A stretch of 64,000 bases of DNA. It comes from Candidatus Latescibacterota bacterium. Lineage in GTDB: Bacteria; Latescibacterota; UBA2968. Shown here piece by piece: positions 8,728 through 19,399 of this stretch (positions are counted from its first letter, which is position 1; every line of letters begins with the position of its first letter). Under the pieces are notes generated by a model. That model was not told the origin of the DNA and searched no databases. It saw nothing but the letters and a program-made list of their open reading frames with translations. The position numbers and the translations under genes were made by a program. The stretch spans positions 5,824,001-5,888,000 of the forward strand of contig OZ241986.1 of assembly GCA_965204375.1 (NCBI GenBank), read 5' to 3'.

Positions 8728-11334
8728 TCAACGAATCCCAAAGGTCGTTTTTTTCTTCACCTGCACGCCGCTTACCAGATCTTCTACGGTTACCTGTACT
8801 TCATGGTCGCCTTTTCCGGCTCCGTCGAGATTTAGTTCCACATAAGAGAGGCCGTCTGTGGTATTTCCGATCTGGTCGTAGGTCACGCTCACGCCCTGTT
8901 GCCTCTCTTCTTTTCCCAGCAGACGACCCAGTCCGGCCAGTACGCGGGCACCCCGGCTCTTCTGATCTTTGGATTGGATGTCATAGGTCACGCGGTAGTG
9001 CGTTTGTCCAAATTCATCTCTGCTCAGATGATAGATTTCAAAATAGAGAAAGGCCGGATGTTTTTCCGGGAATGCCCATACCGACATGGGCATTATGTTC
9101 AATCCTTGTTTGACAAAAACACCTTCTGACGGTGTCTCGTCTGAGATTGACCAGGCAAGTTCGATGTCGCTCAAGTTCAAGTCGGCTCTGGAATAGTCTT
9201 CCAATATTATCTGTTGTTGATATATCTGAAACCGCCGCGTTTCCGCCTCCCGAACCCGCAGGCCGAGTTCATAGGTTCCCGGCGGTGCTTCTATGGCGGC
9301 CATATCCAATATCAGGTTTTGCCATCCCCGAGATGTATCGACTGAGGTTTGTAAAAAGGTTTCATCGAGGAAAAATTTCCGTTCGTCCCGGTACGTCCGA
9401 TCCACTTCGGGATCTGTTAGTGCCGCGCTGCGTACGACCCAGGTGCCTTCCTGTTTTTTGAGCAGTGAATCCGGTGGGATGCCGCTGTAGATTTCCAGGC
9501 GCGTGCGGCCATTTTTTCCCTTAAAGCTGGCTGTTCGGTACCAGAAATCCAGGGGTTGGGCACCCCGGGCAAAATCGTGAAAGTCGGGAATGCGTCCGGC
9601 CATTTTGTTTACGACCAGTTCTGGAGAATGGTACAGAAAATCCGTGAGGTCTCGCACGGCGACATAGCGCTCTTTTAATTCGTTGGGTACATGCGTGGGT
9701 ACAGGTGCAAACTCGAAATTGCCCTGAAAATACTCGTCGGTAAATGTGACCTCCAGGCCCTCAGCGACCATGGTATATACCCACGATTCCCAGGGTACAA
9801 TGCTGGCGTCTTCGCGGTTGGTTACAGGCATGAATAAGCCCATCGACTGCTCGACAAACCGCTCCCGGCGCACCCGCGACGGCGAGAAGCTCAAATCACC
9901 CGTGTTCACATCGCCCAGTGCGGCGAGGGTTTGCTCTTGATCCACAATTCGGTTTACCTGGTCGCCTTCACCTGCGTCGGCAGCTTCCACTCGTTCCGAC
10001 AATTCGGTGCGCTCGGCATCCAGGGCATCTTCCAGCAAAAATATGAGTTGGATCTCGTCCGAGGTCAAACCCAGGTCCTGTGGATCGGGTGCTTTGGCGC
10101 CGAAAGCCCGGTTGCTGCGAACGGGATATACCGGTCCCGTGAAAAATTCGCCCACGGCGTCCGGTCCGTAGAGATCTACGGCCATTCGCTCTTTGATGCG
10201 CTGTGCTTTGGCTGGCATGTCGGCATTCAGGCGGTCGGATGTCGATCGATAATCGGGTTCGCCATACCGGATGTACACTTCGCCCCGCCGATCCCAGGGG
10301 TAGATCGCTTTTGAAAAGTGCGTACGCGCGTGCCAGACCCGGCAGTAGTGTTCTGCCTGGCGCAAAAATCCACCGGATACGCGCGATAGGTCGTGCCGAA
10401 TCCAGAAGCGGCGCAGAAATGCTTCGCGCTCTATAGCCGATGTGACTCTGGCGTAGGATTCTAACTCGGGTATGGAGGCCAATAGGGAGATGTCCCGGTA
10501 GAGCGCCGCCTCTGCGGCATCGAGAAGGGTGATGTAATTGCGAAAGATGCGCACGGCCCTTTCGCCATCGCCTTCATAGAGAAAGACCTGGGCTATTAGT
10601 GGCAGAAAACGACGTGATTCTACCGCCTTACCCAAATAGGTCAACAGGTCTCGCAATTCGGCGAAGCGTTCGCTCATGGCATAAATCACGCCCAACTGAT
10701 AGGCTACGTCCAGGTCTTCGGGGGCCTGTCGCACACTGCGCTCGTACAGGTTGATCACCCGATCCCATTCGTCCTTTTTTTTGTGGTGTTCAGCCATGAT
10801 TTTGCAGGCTGTGACATCCGTCGAGTCCCGCTCAAGTGCCCGTTCGGATGCCCGTTTCAAAGACCGATCCTCTTGCAGGAGTCGCACAAGGCCGAGGTGA
10901 TAGCGTATTTTCTGCGATTGGGGCGCGAGAGCGATTGCTTTTTCAAAATGCGTTTTGGCTCCGTGGATGTCTTCCTTCTGGGAGAGTGCGATGAGTCCCA
11001 GTCCGTCATGCGCTTCTGCGAGATCTGGATTTAAGTTCAGTGCCTTTTCAAATGCCTGCCTGGCTTTTTTCCATTGCTTTTTTCGCTCGCGGGATTCCAG
11101 ATATGCCGTGCCCAGGCGGGCGTGGCCTTCGGCCAGTTCCGGATCCAGGTGTACAGCTTCTTGCAACAGGTCTATAGCGTGTCGCGCATTGTCCATCTCA
11201 ATCCGCACATCGGCAGCCAGCATCAGAGAGTCGGACCGGGTCATCAGGGTTATGAAGGGCTGTTCTGCCTTTGCCCCGCCTGCAATCAGGACGAGGTATA
11301 TGGGAATCAGTCGAATCGCAAGATGATTTTTCAT
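8728..11334 (-). CDS. GWxTD-domain TPR protein (secreted)
   Basis: Signal peptide, TPR repeats, FW...EHYCRV..A...PWDRRGEVYIRYGEP and a C-terminal LSDIELA/YFEIY beta domain. Confidence 0.85.
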   Translation of the reverse strand: MKNHLAIRLIPIYLVLIAGGAKAEQPFITLMTRSDSLMLAADVRIEMDNARHAIDLLQEAVHLDPELAEGHARLGTAYLESRERKKQWKKARQAFEKALNLNPDLAEAHDGLGLIALSQKEDIHGAKTHFEKAIALAPQSQKIRYHLGLVRLLQEDRSLKRASERALERDSTDVTACKIMAEHHKKKDEWDRVINLYERSVRQAPEDLDVAYQLGVIYAMSERFAELRDLLTYLGKAVESRRFLPLIAQVFLYEGDGERAVRIFRNYITLLDAAEAALYRDISLLASIPELESYARVTSAIEREAFLRRFWIRHDLSRVSGGFLRQAEHYCRVWHARTHFSKAIYPWDRRGEVYIRYGEPDYRSTSDRLNADMPAKAQRIKERMAVDLYGPDAVGEFFTGPVYPVRSNRAFGAKAPDPQDLGLTSDEIQLIFLLEDALDAERTELSERVEAADAGEGDQVNRIVDQEQTLAALGDVNTGDLSFSPSRVRRERFVEQSMGLFMPVTNREDASIVPWESWVYTMVAEGLEVTFTDEYFQGNFEFAPVPTHVPNELKERYVAVRDLTDFLYHSPELVVNKMAGRIPDFHDFARGAQPLDFWYRTASFKGKNGRTRLEIYSGIPPDSLLKKQEGTWVVRSAALTDPEVDRTYRDERKFFLDETFLQTSVDTSRGWQNLILDMAAIEAPPGTYELGLRVREAETRRFQIYQQQIILEDYSRADLNLSDIELAWSISDETPSEGVFVKQGLNIMPMSVWAFPEKHPAFLYFEIYHLSRDEFGQTHYRVTYDIQSKDQKSRGARVLAGLGRLLGKEERQQGVSVTYDQIGNTTDGLSYVELNLDGAGKGDHEVQVTVEDLVSGVQVKKKTTFGIR

Positions 11335-11341
11335 GGTGTCC

Positions 11342-13768
11342 TCACTCGATCTCGTCGGGTGTTTCCAATTTAAAGCTCGCGGTTTTGGTCACTTTTTGTC
11401 CGTCTTTGCGGTCCATTGCAGCGACCTCAATGACGTATTCTCCCGGTTCGGAACCAGATAGGTCAAGTGCCAGATAGTTGACCACGTTGTCGGCATCGCC
11501 CGTCTGATCATAAGAAATCGCAATTTGTTCTTCGTTCTGGTCTATGCCTACCAGTTTTCCCAGGCCATCGAGTACTTTTGCGCCAAACGACTGTCCGGAA
11601 CGCGGTTTTAAGCGGTAGGAGATCTGGTAGTCCGTCTGTCCGAATGCATCCTGGCTCAGGCCGTAAATTTCGTAGTAAAGATAGACCAGATGTCGCTGTG
11701 TATAATGCCGCGTGGCCAGCGGGATGACTTCCAAATTTTGTTTGACAAAATGTCCTTCTCCGGTGGTCTGTTCAATTGACGCCGCCATTTCTATATCGCT
11801 TAGCCTGAGTTTGCCGTGCCGATAAGACGGGACCCGCAAGGGCATGCCATAGACCTGCGTGCGTCCAGACCGCTCTTCAATGGCCTGCACGGCGAGGTAG
11901 TACGATCCAGGTTTTACATCCAGTGCGATTACATCGGGAATGATCCCGGTTTTTCCATCTACCCGAAATACAGCGCGGTTTGCCACCTTGAATACCGGGT
12001 CGCCTTTTGCATTGTAGAGAACGGCTCCCCGGTTTATCCGAACATCCCCGCCATCTCGCGTCAATGCAGAGGCGGGAAATCCGTAGTAGATCTCCACACG
12101 CGTGCTGTCGCCCAGTCCTCGAAATGTGGCGGGGTAGGCCGCGTAATACAGGGGTTCGGCGAGAAATGTCGGTACGTAAATTTCTCTGGGAGCCTGGCTT
12201 ATAATTTGTTCGGGGATGAGAGGTCCCCACAGGTGGCGCATTTTGGTCGCCATTTCCGCGGGCAATACGGCGTAGTCAAAAACGCCATCGGGCGCGCCGG
12301 GCATCTGGCGAAATACGATTTCCACACCTTCTCCCAATCCGGGATAGATCCAGTATTCCCACGCCCGGCGATCCTGGATCGGGAAGATGGGTCGTCCCAG
12401 GAATGCACCCAGTCCCCCTGCGGCCATCGCGGATTCGGCCCGTTTTCGGATTTGTTCGCTTTTCTGATTCCGCTCGGATGATCGGCTATACAGCCGCTGG
12501 AACTGCCTTTCCAGTTGGCGTTGTGCCTGTTCTGCGCCAGCTCCGCGGTGGGTCACATTGGCACTGTCGCCATCAGCGGCGTAGTCTGATAGCAGTATTT
12601 CGGCTGCCCAATCTACTCGGTCTAATAGCCGCTGCTTGACATTCCAGTCTTCGGGATGGGATTCGCGCAGCCGATCCCCGGACGCGCTTTTGTGAGATGG
12701 CGTGCCGTAGCGCACATAGATTTCGCCCCGTCGATCCCACGGAAAAACCGCCGATCCGAAATGCTCCCGCGCATAAGCTACCCGGCGGAAGTGTTCGACC
12801 CGCCGCTCGTTGACGTCTGTAATGGGTGTGGGGTCTCGGCGTTTCCAGAATTGTTGCAGAAGTACTTGTCTGTCCTTTGCCTGCTTAAGTGCCTCTGTTT
12901 CCCTTTCTGAGGTGAGTAGGGAAATATCTTCATAAGGCATCCGTTCCCTGGTGCTCAGGCCGGTCAGATAGGTTTCGAAGAGGGTTTCGGCTTTTTCGTA
13001 ATTTTTTCGTTCCAGATAGACTTCGGCGAGTTCCAGCATGTATTGCCGCTGGTTTGTGCCCTGAGTTTGCATGAGCCGCGATAAGGTGCGCGCGGCCTGG
13101 TCCGTGCGGGATAGGGTGCGATAGAGTTGTCCCAGCCGCCACATGGCATCTTTGTGTGCGGGATTGACCGCCAGTTGTTTTTCGTAATATTCTATTGCGC
13201 CGTCTTTTTTTAAGAGGTCGTATTCATACATAAAGCCCAGGCGATAATACGCATCTGGATGGTCTGGGTCCATCTCGACCACCTGTTCGAAAGCTCTGAT
13301 GGCATCGCGATTCATGAGGTTCAGATGCGTCAGGCCAATGTGGTATTGGGCTTCTACATAGTCGGGCTTTTCAGCCAGGGCGCGACAGAAATAATCAATG
13401 GCACGCACCCACTGGCCTTTCTCACGGGCATAGACGAGGCCCATGCCAAAGTAGGCTTCGGGCATTTTTCGCTGGTATTTTTCGGCATTTCGAAAGGCTT
13501 TTCTGGCTTTGCCAATCTGATCTTGGGTCAGATACACATGCCCCAATCCACAGTGGGTTGGGGCATGTTTTTTGTTTGCTTGTAGAGATTGCTCAAACAA
13601 AATTTTTGCGCGGTCTATTTCTCCTGCTTTGAGTGCCTGATTACCCAGGAGATAGAGAGAATCCGCAGCAGTAGGATCCGCCATGACTGATGCAACAGTC
13701 CAGAATATCCCAAAATTCAGGGCGAGTGCAATGCGCCCGATATGCCAGCCTATTTTCGACATGCCCAA
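11342..13768 (-). CDS. GWxTD-domain TPR protein (secreted)
   Basis: TPR repeats; FWKRRDPTP..NERRVEHFRRVAYA...PWDRRGEIYVRYG. Confidence 0.85.
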   Translation of the reverse strand: MGMSKIGWHIGRIALALNFGIFWTVASVMADPTAADSLYLLGNQALKAGEIDRAKILFEQSLQANKKHAPTHCGLGHVYLTQDQIGKARKAFRNAEKYQRKMPEAYFGMGLVYAREKGQWVRAIDYFCRALAEKPDYVEAQYHIGLTHLNLMNRDAIRAFEQVVEMDPDHPDAYYRLGFMYEYDLLKKDGAIEYYEKQLAVNPAHKDAMWRLGQLYRTLSRTDQAARTLSRLMQTQGTNQRQYMLELAEVYLERKNYEKAETLFETYLTGLSTRERMPYEDISLLTSERETEALKQAKDRQVLLQQFWKRRDPTPITDVNERRVEHFRRVAYAREHFGSAVFPWDRRGEIYVRYGTPSHKSASGDRLRESHPEDWNVKQRLLDRVDWAAEILLSDYAADGDSANVTHRGAGAEQAQRQLERQFQRLYSRSSERNQKSEQIRKRAESAMAAGGLGAFLGRPIFPIQDRRAWEYWIYPGLGEGVEIVFRQMPGAPDGVFDYAVLPAEMATKMRHLWGPLIPEQIISQAPREIYVPTFLAEPLYYAAYPATFRGLGDSTRVEIYYGFPASALTRDGGDVRINRGAVLYNAKGDPVFKVANRAVFRVDGKTGIIPDVIALDVKPGSYYLAVQAIEERSGRTQVYGMPLRVPSYRHGKLRLSDIEMAASIEQTTGEGHFVKQNLEVIPLATRHYTQRHLVYLYYEIYGLSQDAFGQTDYQISYRLKPRSGQSFGAKVLDGLGKLVGIDQNEEQIAISYDQTGDADNVVNYLALDLSGSEPGEYVIEVAAMDRKDGQKVTKTASFKLETPDEIE

Positions 13769-13778
13769 TCGCCTGTGT

Positions 13779-15521
13779 TTATTTTGCCAGCGGTCCCGTG
13801 GGTGCCTCTTTGCTGTAGAGCGCGCTTCCCCGCTCGTAGGATACCGCTACCTGTCCGTTTTCTACCTGCAACCGGGGTACATTATTTGTGCCGACATCGC
13901 GGTCCGGTCCTCTCATTACAGCGAGTTGTGCATCGCTCATGCCCGCTATCAGGTCGCCCCACCGGCTCTCTGGATGTACCATGTCGCCTCCGCTGCGGTG
14001 GAAGTTTCGAGATGTGTATTTGATCAGGATGCCCCGTCTCGAGATCGGGTTTTTCCAGGCGAGCGCACCGTGGGTCGTCGCCCCATCCCCAAAAAAGAGC
14101 ACGTCGCCCGCCTTCATCACTGGCTGCACCACAAGTCCCATGTCGTCGTCGCAGGTGCGAATGCCCGGCGGCATGGGATAAAACGCTTTGTGGGAGCCGG
14201 GTACACAGGCGAACCCTCCCAGACCGGGTTCCACGTCTCGCAGTTGCCAGGCTACGGTTACTGCCTGATCGTAGCTGCGCCCGTTTTGAAACACATAGCC
14301 CATCGGTGGATAGAGCGGTTCGTTGTTGCTGTGGAGCGAGTGTCCGCTGCCGCCCAGGACTGAGCAGAATGCCGTGGCACCTCCGCACCGCCCTCCGCTG
14401 GCGCCCATCCAGTTCAAGCGGTGCTCGACCACTGGATGCGCAATCATTTGCTGGAATGGGTCGCTATACGGTTCTGGCAATTCGAGCAATCCAGAGAGGA
14501 GCGGTCGCCCTGTGCCGGCCAGGCTCTTTGAGCCTCTCGCCAGTTCCTCGCCGACTACAATGCGGTCTTCAAATTTATCGATGGTCTCGTTGGCCGCTGC
14601 CAGCCATTCTTCGTCCATTACGCCGCGGAGTACCAGATATCCGTTCAAGTCCCAGAAATAGAATTCTTTGTAATCAATCCCCGAGTCCGGATCCAGTTTG
14701 TAAATTGAGGGATGAAATACCTCGCGCGATTCGTCCATCTTTACCGTCTTTCCATCTGTGACAATGGTCGGGGGAGGTGTCGTGGATTTGTAACCGGGCT
14801 TGTAAAGCGATGCGCGCTGTTCTTCACTTAAAGCGTCGTGCCATTCTGGATGCGGCTCTTCCTCAGTCATTGGACCTGTTCCAGCAGACCGGATCACGCC
14901 TCTGCCCACGTATTCATAAGAGAGGAGTCGCTGCTGACCGGTTCCCTGCCAGGGGCGCATTCCCTGTAATGCGGATAGTGCTACTATCAGGAGATCTCCT
15001 GCCTTTAGCACGGGCTGGTGTGTCAATCCCATGTCGTCTTCGCCCGTGGTCACATCTTCTGGCGATGCCACATTGCTTTTGTGCGAGCAGGGGAGCAGTA
15101 CGAAGCCGCCATCTCCTTCGTTCACGTCTTCCAGTGCCCAGATTACGCGCACGCCTTCGCAATAACGCCGACCGTTCTGGTGGTAATACGCAATGCCCGG
15201 CATTCTCGGTTCGTTGCCGCCTGCCAGCGGTGCTGTGGTATCGCAGGTTGCATCGCACAAGATTTCAGGCTCGCGGTCCAGGCGAAAGCCGATTCCTACA
15301 ATTTGATTGAGATACCACACGAGGTGCGGATGGACGAGTAGTTCCCGGAATGGGTCTTTCAATTCGCCTTCCCATCCCAGCATGCCCGATAGTTGACCGG
15401 CTTTGTCAATGGTCTGGTTCAGTTGTTTGACTTCGCCGCGGTTCAATACACCCGGTACATGAAGGTAGCCAGCTATATCAAAACAGTAATTTTCTTCGTT
15501 GCTCATGAGTTCCTGATCCAT
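13779..15521 (-). CDS. Tandem two-domain phytanoyl-CoA dioxygenase (PhyH) family protein
   Basis: Two repeats of FD..GYL...GGF..PxSHK...KAGD. Confidence 0.85.
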   Translation of the reverse strand: MDQELMSNEENYCFDIAGYLHVPGVLNRGEVKQLNQTIDKAGQLSGMLGWEGELKDPFRELLVHPHLVWYLNQIVGIGFRLDREPEILCDATCDTTAPLAGGNEPRMPGIAYYHQNGRRYCEGVRVIWALEDVNEGDGGFVLLPCSHKSNVASPEDVTTGEDDMGLTHQPVLKAGDLLIVALSALQGMRPWQGTGQQRLLSYEYVGRGVIRSAGTGPMTEEEPHPEWHDALSEEQRASLYKPGYKSTTPPPTIVTDGKTVKMDESREVFHPSIYKLDPDSGIDYKEFYFWDLNGYLVLRGVMDEEWLAAANETIDKFEDRIVVGEELARGSKSLAGTGRPLLSGLLELPEPYSDPFQQMIAHPVVEHRLNWMGASGGRCGGATAFCSVLGGSGHSLHSNNEPLYPPMGYVFQNGRSYDQAVTVAWQLRDVEPGLGGFACVPGSHKAFYPMPPGIRTCDDDMGLVVQPVMKAGDVLFFGDGATTHGALAWKNPISRRGILIKYTSRNFHRSGGDMVHPESRWGDLIAGMSDAQLAVMRGPDRDVGTNNVPRLQVENGQVAVSYERGSALYSKEAPTGPLAK

Positions 15522-15625
15522 TATATCCCCCTCAGGTTGGAAAGCTTATTGACGAAACAGAGAGCCAATCATTAATCAGTCTAAAACATGTGTTAAATTA
15601 TATTAAAAAACAAGAAAAATACAGT

Positions 15626-16702
15626 CTAATCTGGCACTTCGACGACGTAAATCTGGCTGCTACCGGTTTGGTCCGATGTGTAGATGACCCGTTTTCCATC
15701 GGGGCTAAATGATGGATGTGGGTGAGACCACTGGGGTCCATAGGTATCGGCCTGGACTTTGTCATCGTCCGCGGGCACTGTTTCGGCCCATTGCGTTCCT
15801 CCATTGGAACTGCGGGGATAGCACAGGGGTTCGTGTTCACCTGTTTCTGGATCGATCAGTTGCAGCCCGATGTCTGGACAGGTGGTGTCGCACACAATGC
15901 GCGAGCCATCTGGGCTGGGCGATGGATGCCAGGTGTTGAATTCGGCGATTTTTCGATCTTTGTCTTCGCCCACCCGAATGCCCCGCAACGCATAAGGCCA
16001 GTGTACGAAGATGACTTCGTCGGTGTGCCCCAGGAATGTTTCGTGGGTAATCCACACGGTCTTGTCGTGTTTGAATAGCGGGCGCTCGTTGCTCCCATCA
16101 ATTCGCACTTCCCACATTCGCTGATTGATGTCGCTGGAATACAGGATGAGGTCCGGATCAGTCGGGCAGACTTGCACATGGCCCACAGTGCGCGGGGGTT
16201 CGCGGACGATCCGGTGTCCCGATCCGTCTGTGTTCACCGCGACTACCGCCGAATGCCCGTTGTGATGTAAGGATGTCACCAGGCGTTCTCCGTCTGCCGA
16301 TAGGCTGCATCCACCCACGCGGCCTTCGCCAAAATCGGCCAGGATGGTTTCTTCCAGTGTCTGGATATCCACGGCGCAAACCTGTCCACCTGTGTTGTAA
16401 AATACCCGGTGTCCGTCTTTGGCAGGACAGGCGGCAAATCCACCGAATCCCTCCACGTCGGTCAATTGCGTCATTTCTCCGCTGTTCTCATCCATTTTGA
16501 AGAGGTTGGGGTGTTCAGGGCGATATGAGGTGAATACAATGGTTTTTCCATCCGACATCCAGGATGGATTTGAAAAGTACAGGTTGTGGCTGATTGCGGG
16601 ATGGTCCGTCATTTGTCGGATCGCCGCGCCCGTTTTTTTGTCTTTTAATGCTTTTGCTTCCGAAGAATACGTTTGTCCTTTTGCCATGTCTGATGCCTCC
16701 AT
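15626..16702 (-). CDS. Oligogalacturonate-lyase-like / TolB-type beta-propeller protein
   Basis: D..TG..IRQMT, HNLYF, ITHE and HPHPSFSPDG..VIYTSD motifs. Confidence 0.8.
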   Translation of the reverse strand: MEASDMAKGQTYSSEAKALKDKKTGAAIRQMTDHPAISHNLYFSNPSWMSDGKTIVFTSYRPEHPNLFKMDENSGEMTQLTDVEGFGGFAACPAKDGHRVFYNTGGQVCAVDIQTLEETILADFGEGRVGGCSLSADGERLVTSLHHNGHSAVVAVNTDGSGHRIVREPPRTVGHVQVCPTDPDLILYSSDINQRMWEVRIDGSNERPLFKHDKTVWITHETFLGHTDEVIFVHWPYALRGIRVGEDKDRKIAEFNTWHPSPSPDGSRIVCDTTCPDIGLQLIDPETGEHEPLCYPRSSNGGTQWAETVPADDDKVQADTYGPQWSHPHPSFSPDGKRVIYTSDQTGSSQIYVVEVPD

Positions 16703-16705
16703 TGA

Positions 16706-17905
16706 TCATCGCTTTGGGAAGAATACATCCACACACGCTTCCACATCAAATGGGTCACATCCGTAGTCCCGTTTAAATTTTTCGAGGTGTTCTATTTCGT
16801 GTATTGTCGGTTCTTTCAATGGCAGATCGACCGGTTTTCGCCCTGTGCGACCGGATTCTTCTACTGCGACCTGGACTTCGATATCCCGTCGCGCTCTTTG
16901 CGCGTCGTAGCGCGTGGGCAGGTCTTCTCGAACTGCTCGGGCAATGCTGTCCATTTCTTCTACTATCGCCAGTCTTCCGGGCGATGTTTTGTATTGGGGC
17001 CATGGATTTTCCCACATCAACGGGGGGTCGGTTTCGATTACCATTCGTTCCAGTACCTGTACCCCGTCTTTTTCTCGGGTTTCCGTGCGGATGGGATAGG
17101 CCGTGGCTTGCCCTCCACCCAATCGCTGTGCTTGCGTGGTTATATGTACTTCATTTTCTACAATGGTCCCGGTTGTGCCATCCACCTGGAATAATGTCTG
17201 GCTTTTTCGCCCGAGCGCCCGACCGTGATATATCGAGGAGTATGACATGATCGCCAGTGCGCCGTTCTCAAACTCGACGAGGTCCATTGTCCAGTGTTCG
17301 GTGGTAAATTGCCGAATTTCACTCACATTCACGCGCGGGATTGGCGAGTCCATCACCAATCCCGTTACCCGAATGGGCGCCGCATCGCCTACCATCATCC
17401 GCACGCTGCTGACGATGTGGTAGCCGCCGGTTTGAAATAGGGCAAAGACCCGAAGTACGTCTCCTATGGCTCCGGCGTCGATGGCTTGTCGTTTGATCAG
17501 GTGAAGGGGGTCTCGGCAATATTGCTCTGCTATTTCGAGTTTTACGCCGTTGCGTGCCACCGCGTCAATCAATACATCTGCGGTTTGCAGGGTGGATGAA
17601 ATGGGGGTTTCTATGATGAGGTTTACGCCGTGTTCGGCCAGATATGCTCCGATGGCGTGGTGTGAGTCGGCAGGTGTGCTTATTGCAGCAATGTCCAATT
17701 TTTCATGTGCGACCAGGTCCTGTATCCGCGAATAAGTGGGTACGCCGTGTTCGGTGCCTGTTTTTTGCGCTTTTTCCCCATCTACATCGCATATTGCGGC
17801 GAGTTCGAATACATCCGACATCAACAAGATTGCGGGGAGTCGCACTCCCAGCCCACGGCCACCGCAGCCCACGAGGGCGATTCTCAATTTTTCTTTTGCG
17901 GCCAT
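16706..17905 (-). CDS. Gfo/Idh/MocA family oxidoreductase
   Basis: ALVGCGGRG Rossmann motif; TP..SH...IETP. Confidence 0.85.
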   Translation of the reverse strand: MAAKEKLRIALVGCGGRGLGVRLPAILLMSDVFELAAICDVDGEKAQKTGTEHGVPTYSRIQDLVAHEKLDIAAISTPADSHHAIGAYLAEHGVNLIIETPISSTLQTADVLIDAVARNGVKLEIAEQYCRDPLHLIKRQAIDAGAIGDVLRVFALFQTGGYHIVSSVRMMVGDAAPIRVTGLVMDSPIPRVNVSEIRQFTTEHWTMDLVEFENGALAIMSYSSIYHGRALGRKSQTLFQVDGTTGTIVENEVHITTQAQRLGGGQATAYPIRTETREKDGVQVLERMVIETDPPLMWENPWPQYKTSPGRLAIVEEMDSIARAVREDLPTRYDAQRARRDIEVQVAVEESGRTGRKPVDLPLKEPTIHEIEHLEKFKRDYGCDPFDVEACVDVFFPKR

Positions 17906-17927
17906 GGCGGTCCTTTCTGGGTTTGAC

Positions 17928-18776
17928 CTACGGCGGTAGTCGTGGGGGTATTGGTTGAATAATTTTTCTCTGTTCGGAGGTCAGTCGCTCTAATAATCCG
18001 TCCGACGGGACGTAGTGAAACCGCGTGCGGATGAATCGCGGGGAATACCGATAGACCACGGTGCGGCGATAGCCTTTGTTCGTGCGTTCGGCTGATCCAT
18101 GTGCGACCGAATCTGTGAAAAATAACGCGTCGCCCGCTTTCATGTACATTTCTTTCATTCCGATAGCAGTTCCAGCAGGTTCTATGCCCTGACTCACCAT
18201 GCCCTTGCCATCGACAAGCAATCTGGGATGCACTTCTGTGCTTTTATGGCTGCCGGGTACGAGGACTGTTGGTCCATCTCCTGGTTCTATATCCGTCAAT
18301 GCGATCAGCACGTTGATCTGGCCCACCATCCACGCGCCGGTGTTGTGGTGCCGAAAGGTGAAATAGCACCGGGGTGCGTGACCGCCACTGTGGATATAGA
18401 TAAATCCGCCGGGTCCGCGTACAGTTAAAAAGTTTTCGTGGATTGAGATGCCGTTTACTTCGTCGTTGATGTAGCGTTTGGCCAGGTCAATCCAGGATGG
18501 ATGATCGATTAATCGCTCGAATACCGGTCCGGCTTCGATGATGTTCTGAAAGTTCAATCCGTCTTTTTCGCGGTAGGTATGCGTTTCCACATGGCCGATC
18601 CACGCACCCGTATCATCGCTCGCTCCCCGGCGTTTTTTGCCATGCACGTATTCCCAATGATCATCTACCCATTGGTTCATCTCCTGTACGTCCTTTTCCG
18701 ACACCGCGCTTTTCAGGTGCAGATAGCCGTGCAAGTCGAATAGATAATCCTGTAATTGCTGGTCTGTGTTATTCAT
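17928..18776 (-). CDS. PhyH-family Fe(II)/2-oxoglutarate oxygenase
   Basis: FDLHGYL, IHSGG, VPGSHK, KAGD...AHGS. Start is probably the ATG at 18776. Confidence 0.85.
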   Translation of the reverse strand: MNNTDQQLQDYLFDLHGYLHLKSAVSEKDVQEMNQWVDDHWEYVHGKKRRGASDDTGAWIGHVETHTYREKDGLNFQNIIEAGPVFERLIDHPSWIDLAKRYINDEVNGISIHENFLTVRGPGGFIYIHSGGHAPRCYFTFRHHNTGAWMVGQINVLIALTDIEPGDGPTVLVPGSHKSTEVHPRLLVDGKGMVSQGIEPAGTAIGMKEMYMKAGDALFFTDSVAHGSAERTNKGYRRTVVYRYSPRFIRTRFHYVPSDGLLERLTSEQRKIIQPIPPRLPP

Positions 18777-18818
18777 GACTATTTTTGAAAACAAAATATT
18801 GGCTCAGATAAATCACGG

Positions 18819-19013
18819 CTATAAATGATCCTCGTAAAGTCCTTCTCGGGTAACCGCGTAATCGGATAACGGTCGGCAATCAGGACCAACGTATTTCATA
18901 AATTCATCGGCCAACGCATCGGCCAGGGCCTCGAATTTATTATCGGATATCTGTGTCGTGTTATTCATTACTATTTTTTGATTTGACATGACGCGAGCTA
19001 ACTCACTTTCCAC
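18819..19013 (-). CDS. Small antitoxin-like protein (orphan); start uncertain, ATG at 18989 possible
   Basis: C-terminus LSDYAVTREGLYEDH resembles small proteins usually found upstream of PIN toxins; no toxin follows here. Confidence 0.45.
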   Translation of the reverse strand: MESELARVMSNQKIVMNNTTQISDNKFEALADALADEFMKYVGPDCRPLSDYAVTREGLYEDHL

Positions 19014-19019
19014 TAAATC

Positions 19020-19072
19020 GGTTGTCCAATCGTTATATCTCTGTCAGTTCTGGAACGTGCTCATCCTCATAT
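19020..19072. repeat. 53-bp direct repeat, left copy
   Basis: ggttgtccaatcgttatatctctgtcagttctggaacgtgctcatcctcatat matches 28809-28861 with one mismatch. Confidence 0.95.
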
Positions 19073-19262
19073 TTTTCAATTAGCATCCCAATGACCTCCA
19101 TCAATGAGGCTAAGGGGTGATTTTCATTCTCGCCCACTACATCAATCAAATCGTCCAGTAATGTCACAAGCTATTGATATTCGTCTCCGCATGGGGAACA
19201 AATACAACGGGTGCCATCATGGGCCATACTTCTTGAGCGGTTTGTATTCCGGCATTGGTCAT
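19033..19262 (-). pseudogene. HigA-like antitoxin N-terminal-domain pseudogene
   Basis: Manual translation: MTNAGIQTAQEVWPMMAPVVFVPHAE, frameshift, EYQ*LVTLLDDLIDVVGENENHPLASLMEVIGMLIEKYEDEHVPELTEI*. Confidence 0.75.
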
Positions 19263-19399
19263 AAAATTTACATCTCGATTTCACTAAAAGTAAAAACGAA
19301 TTATACTTGACATCAATTACTCCAATTACAACGCGGTCAGAGACAAGACGTTTGATAAACATCTGTTATTGAGAATCATCAGAATCATAGCTCCAATAC

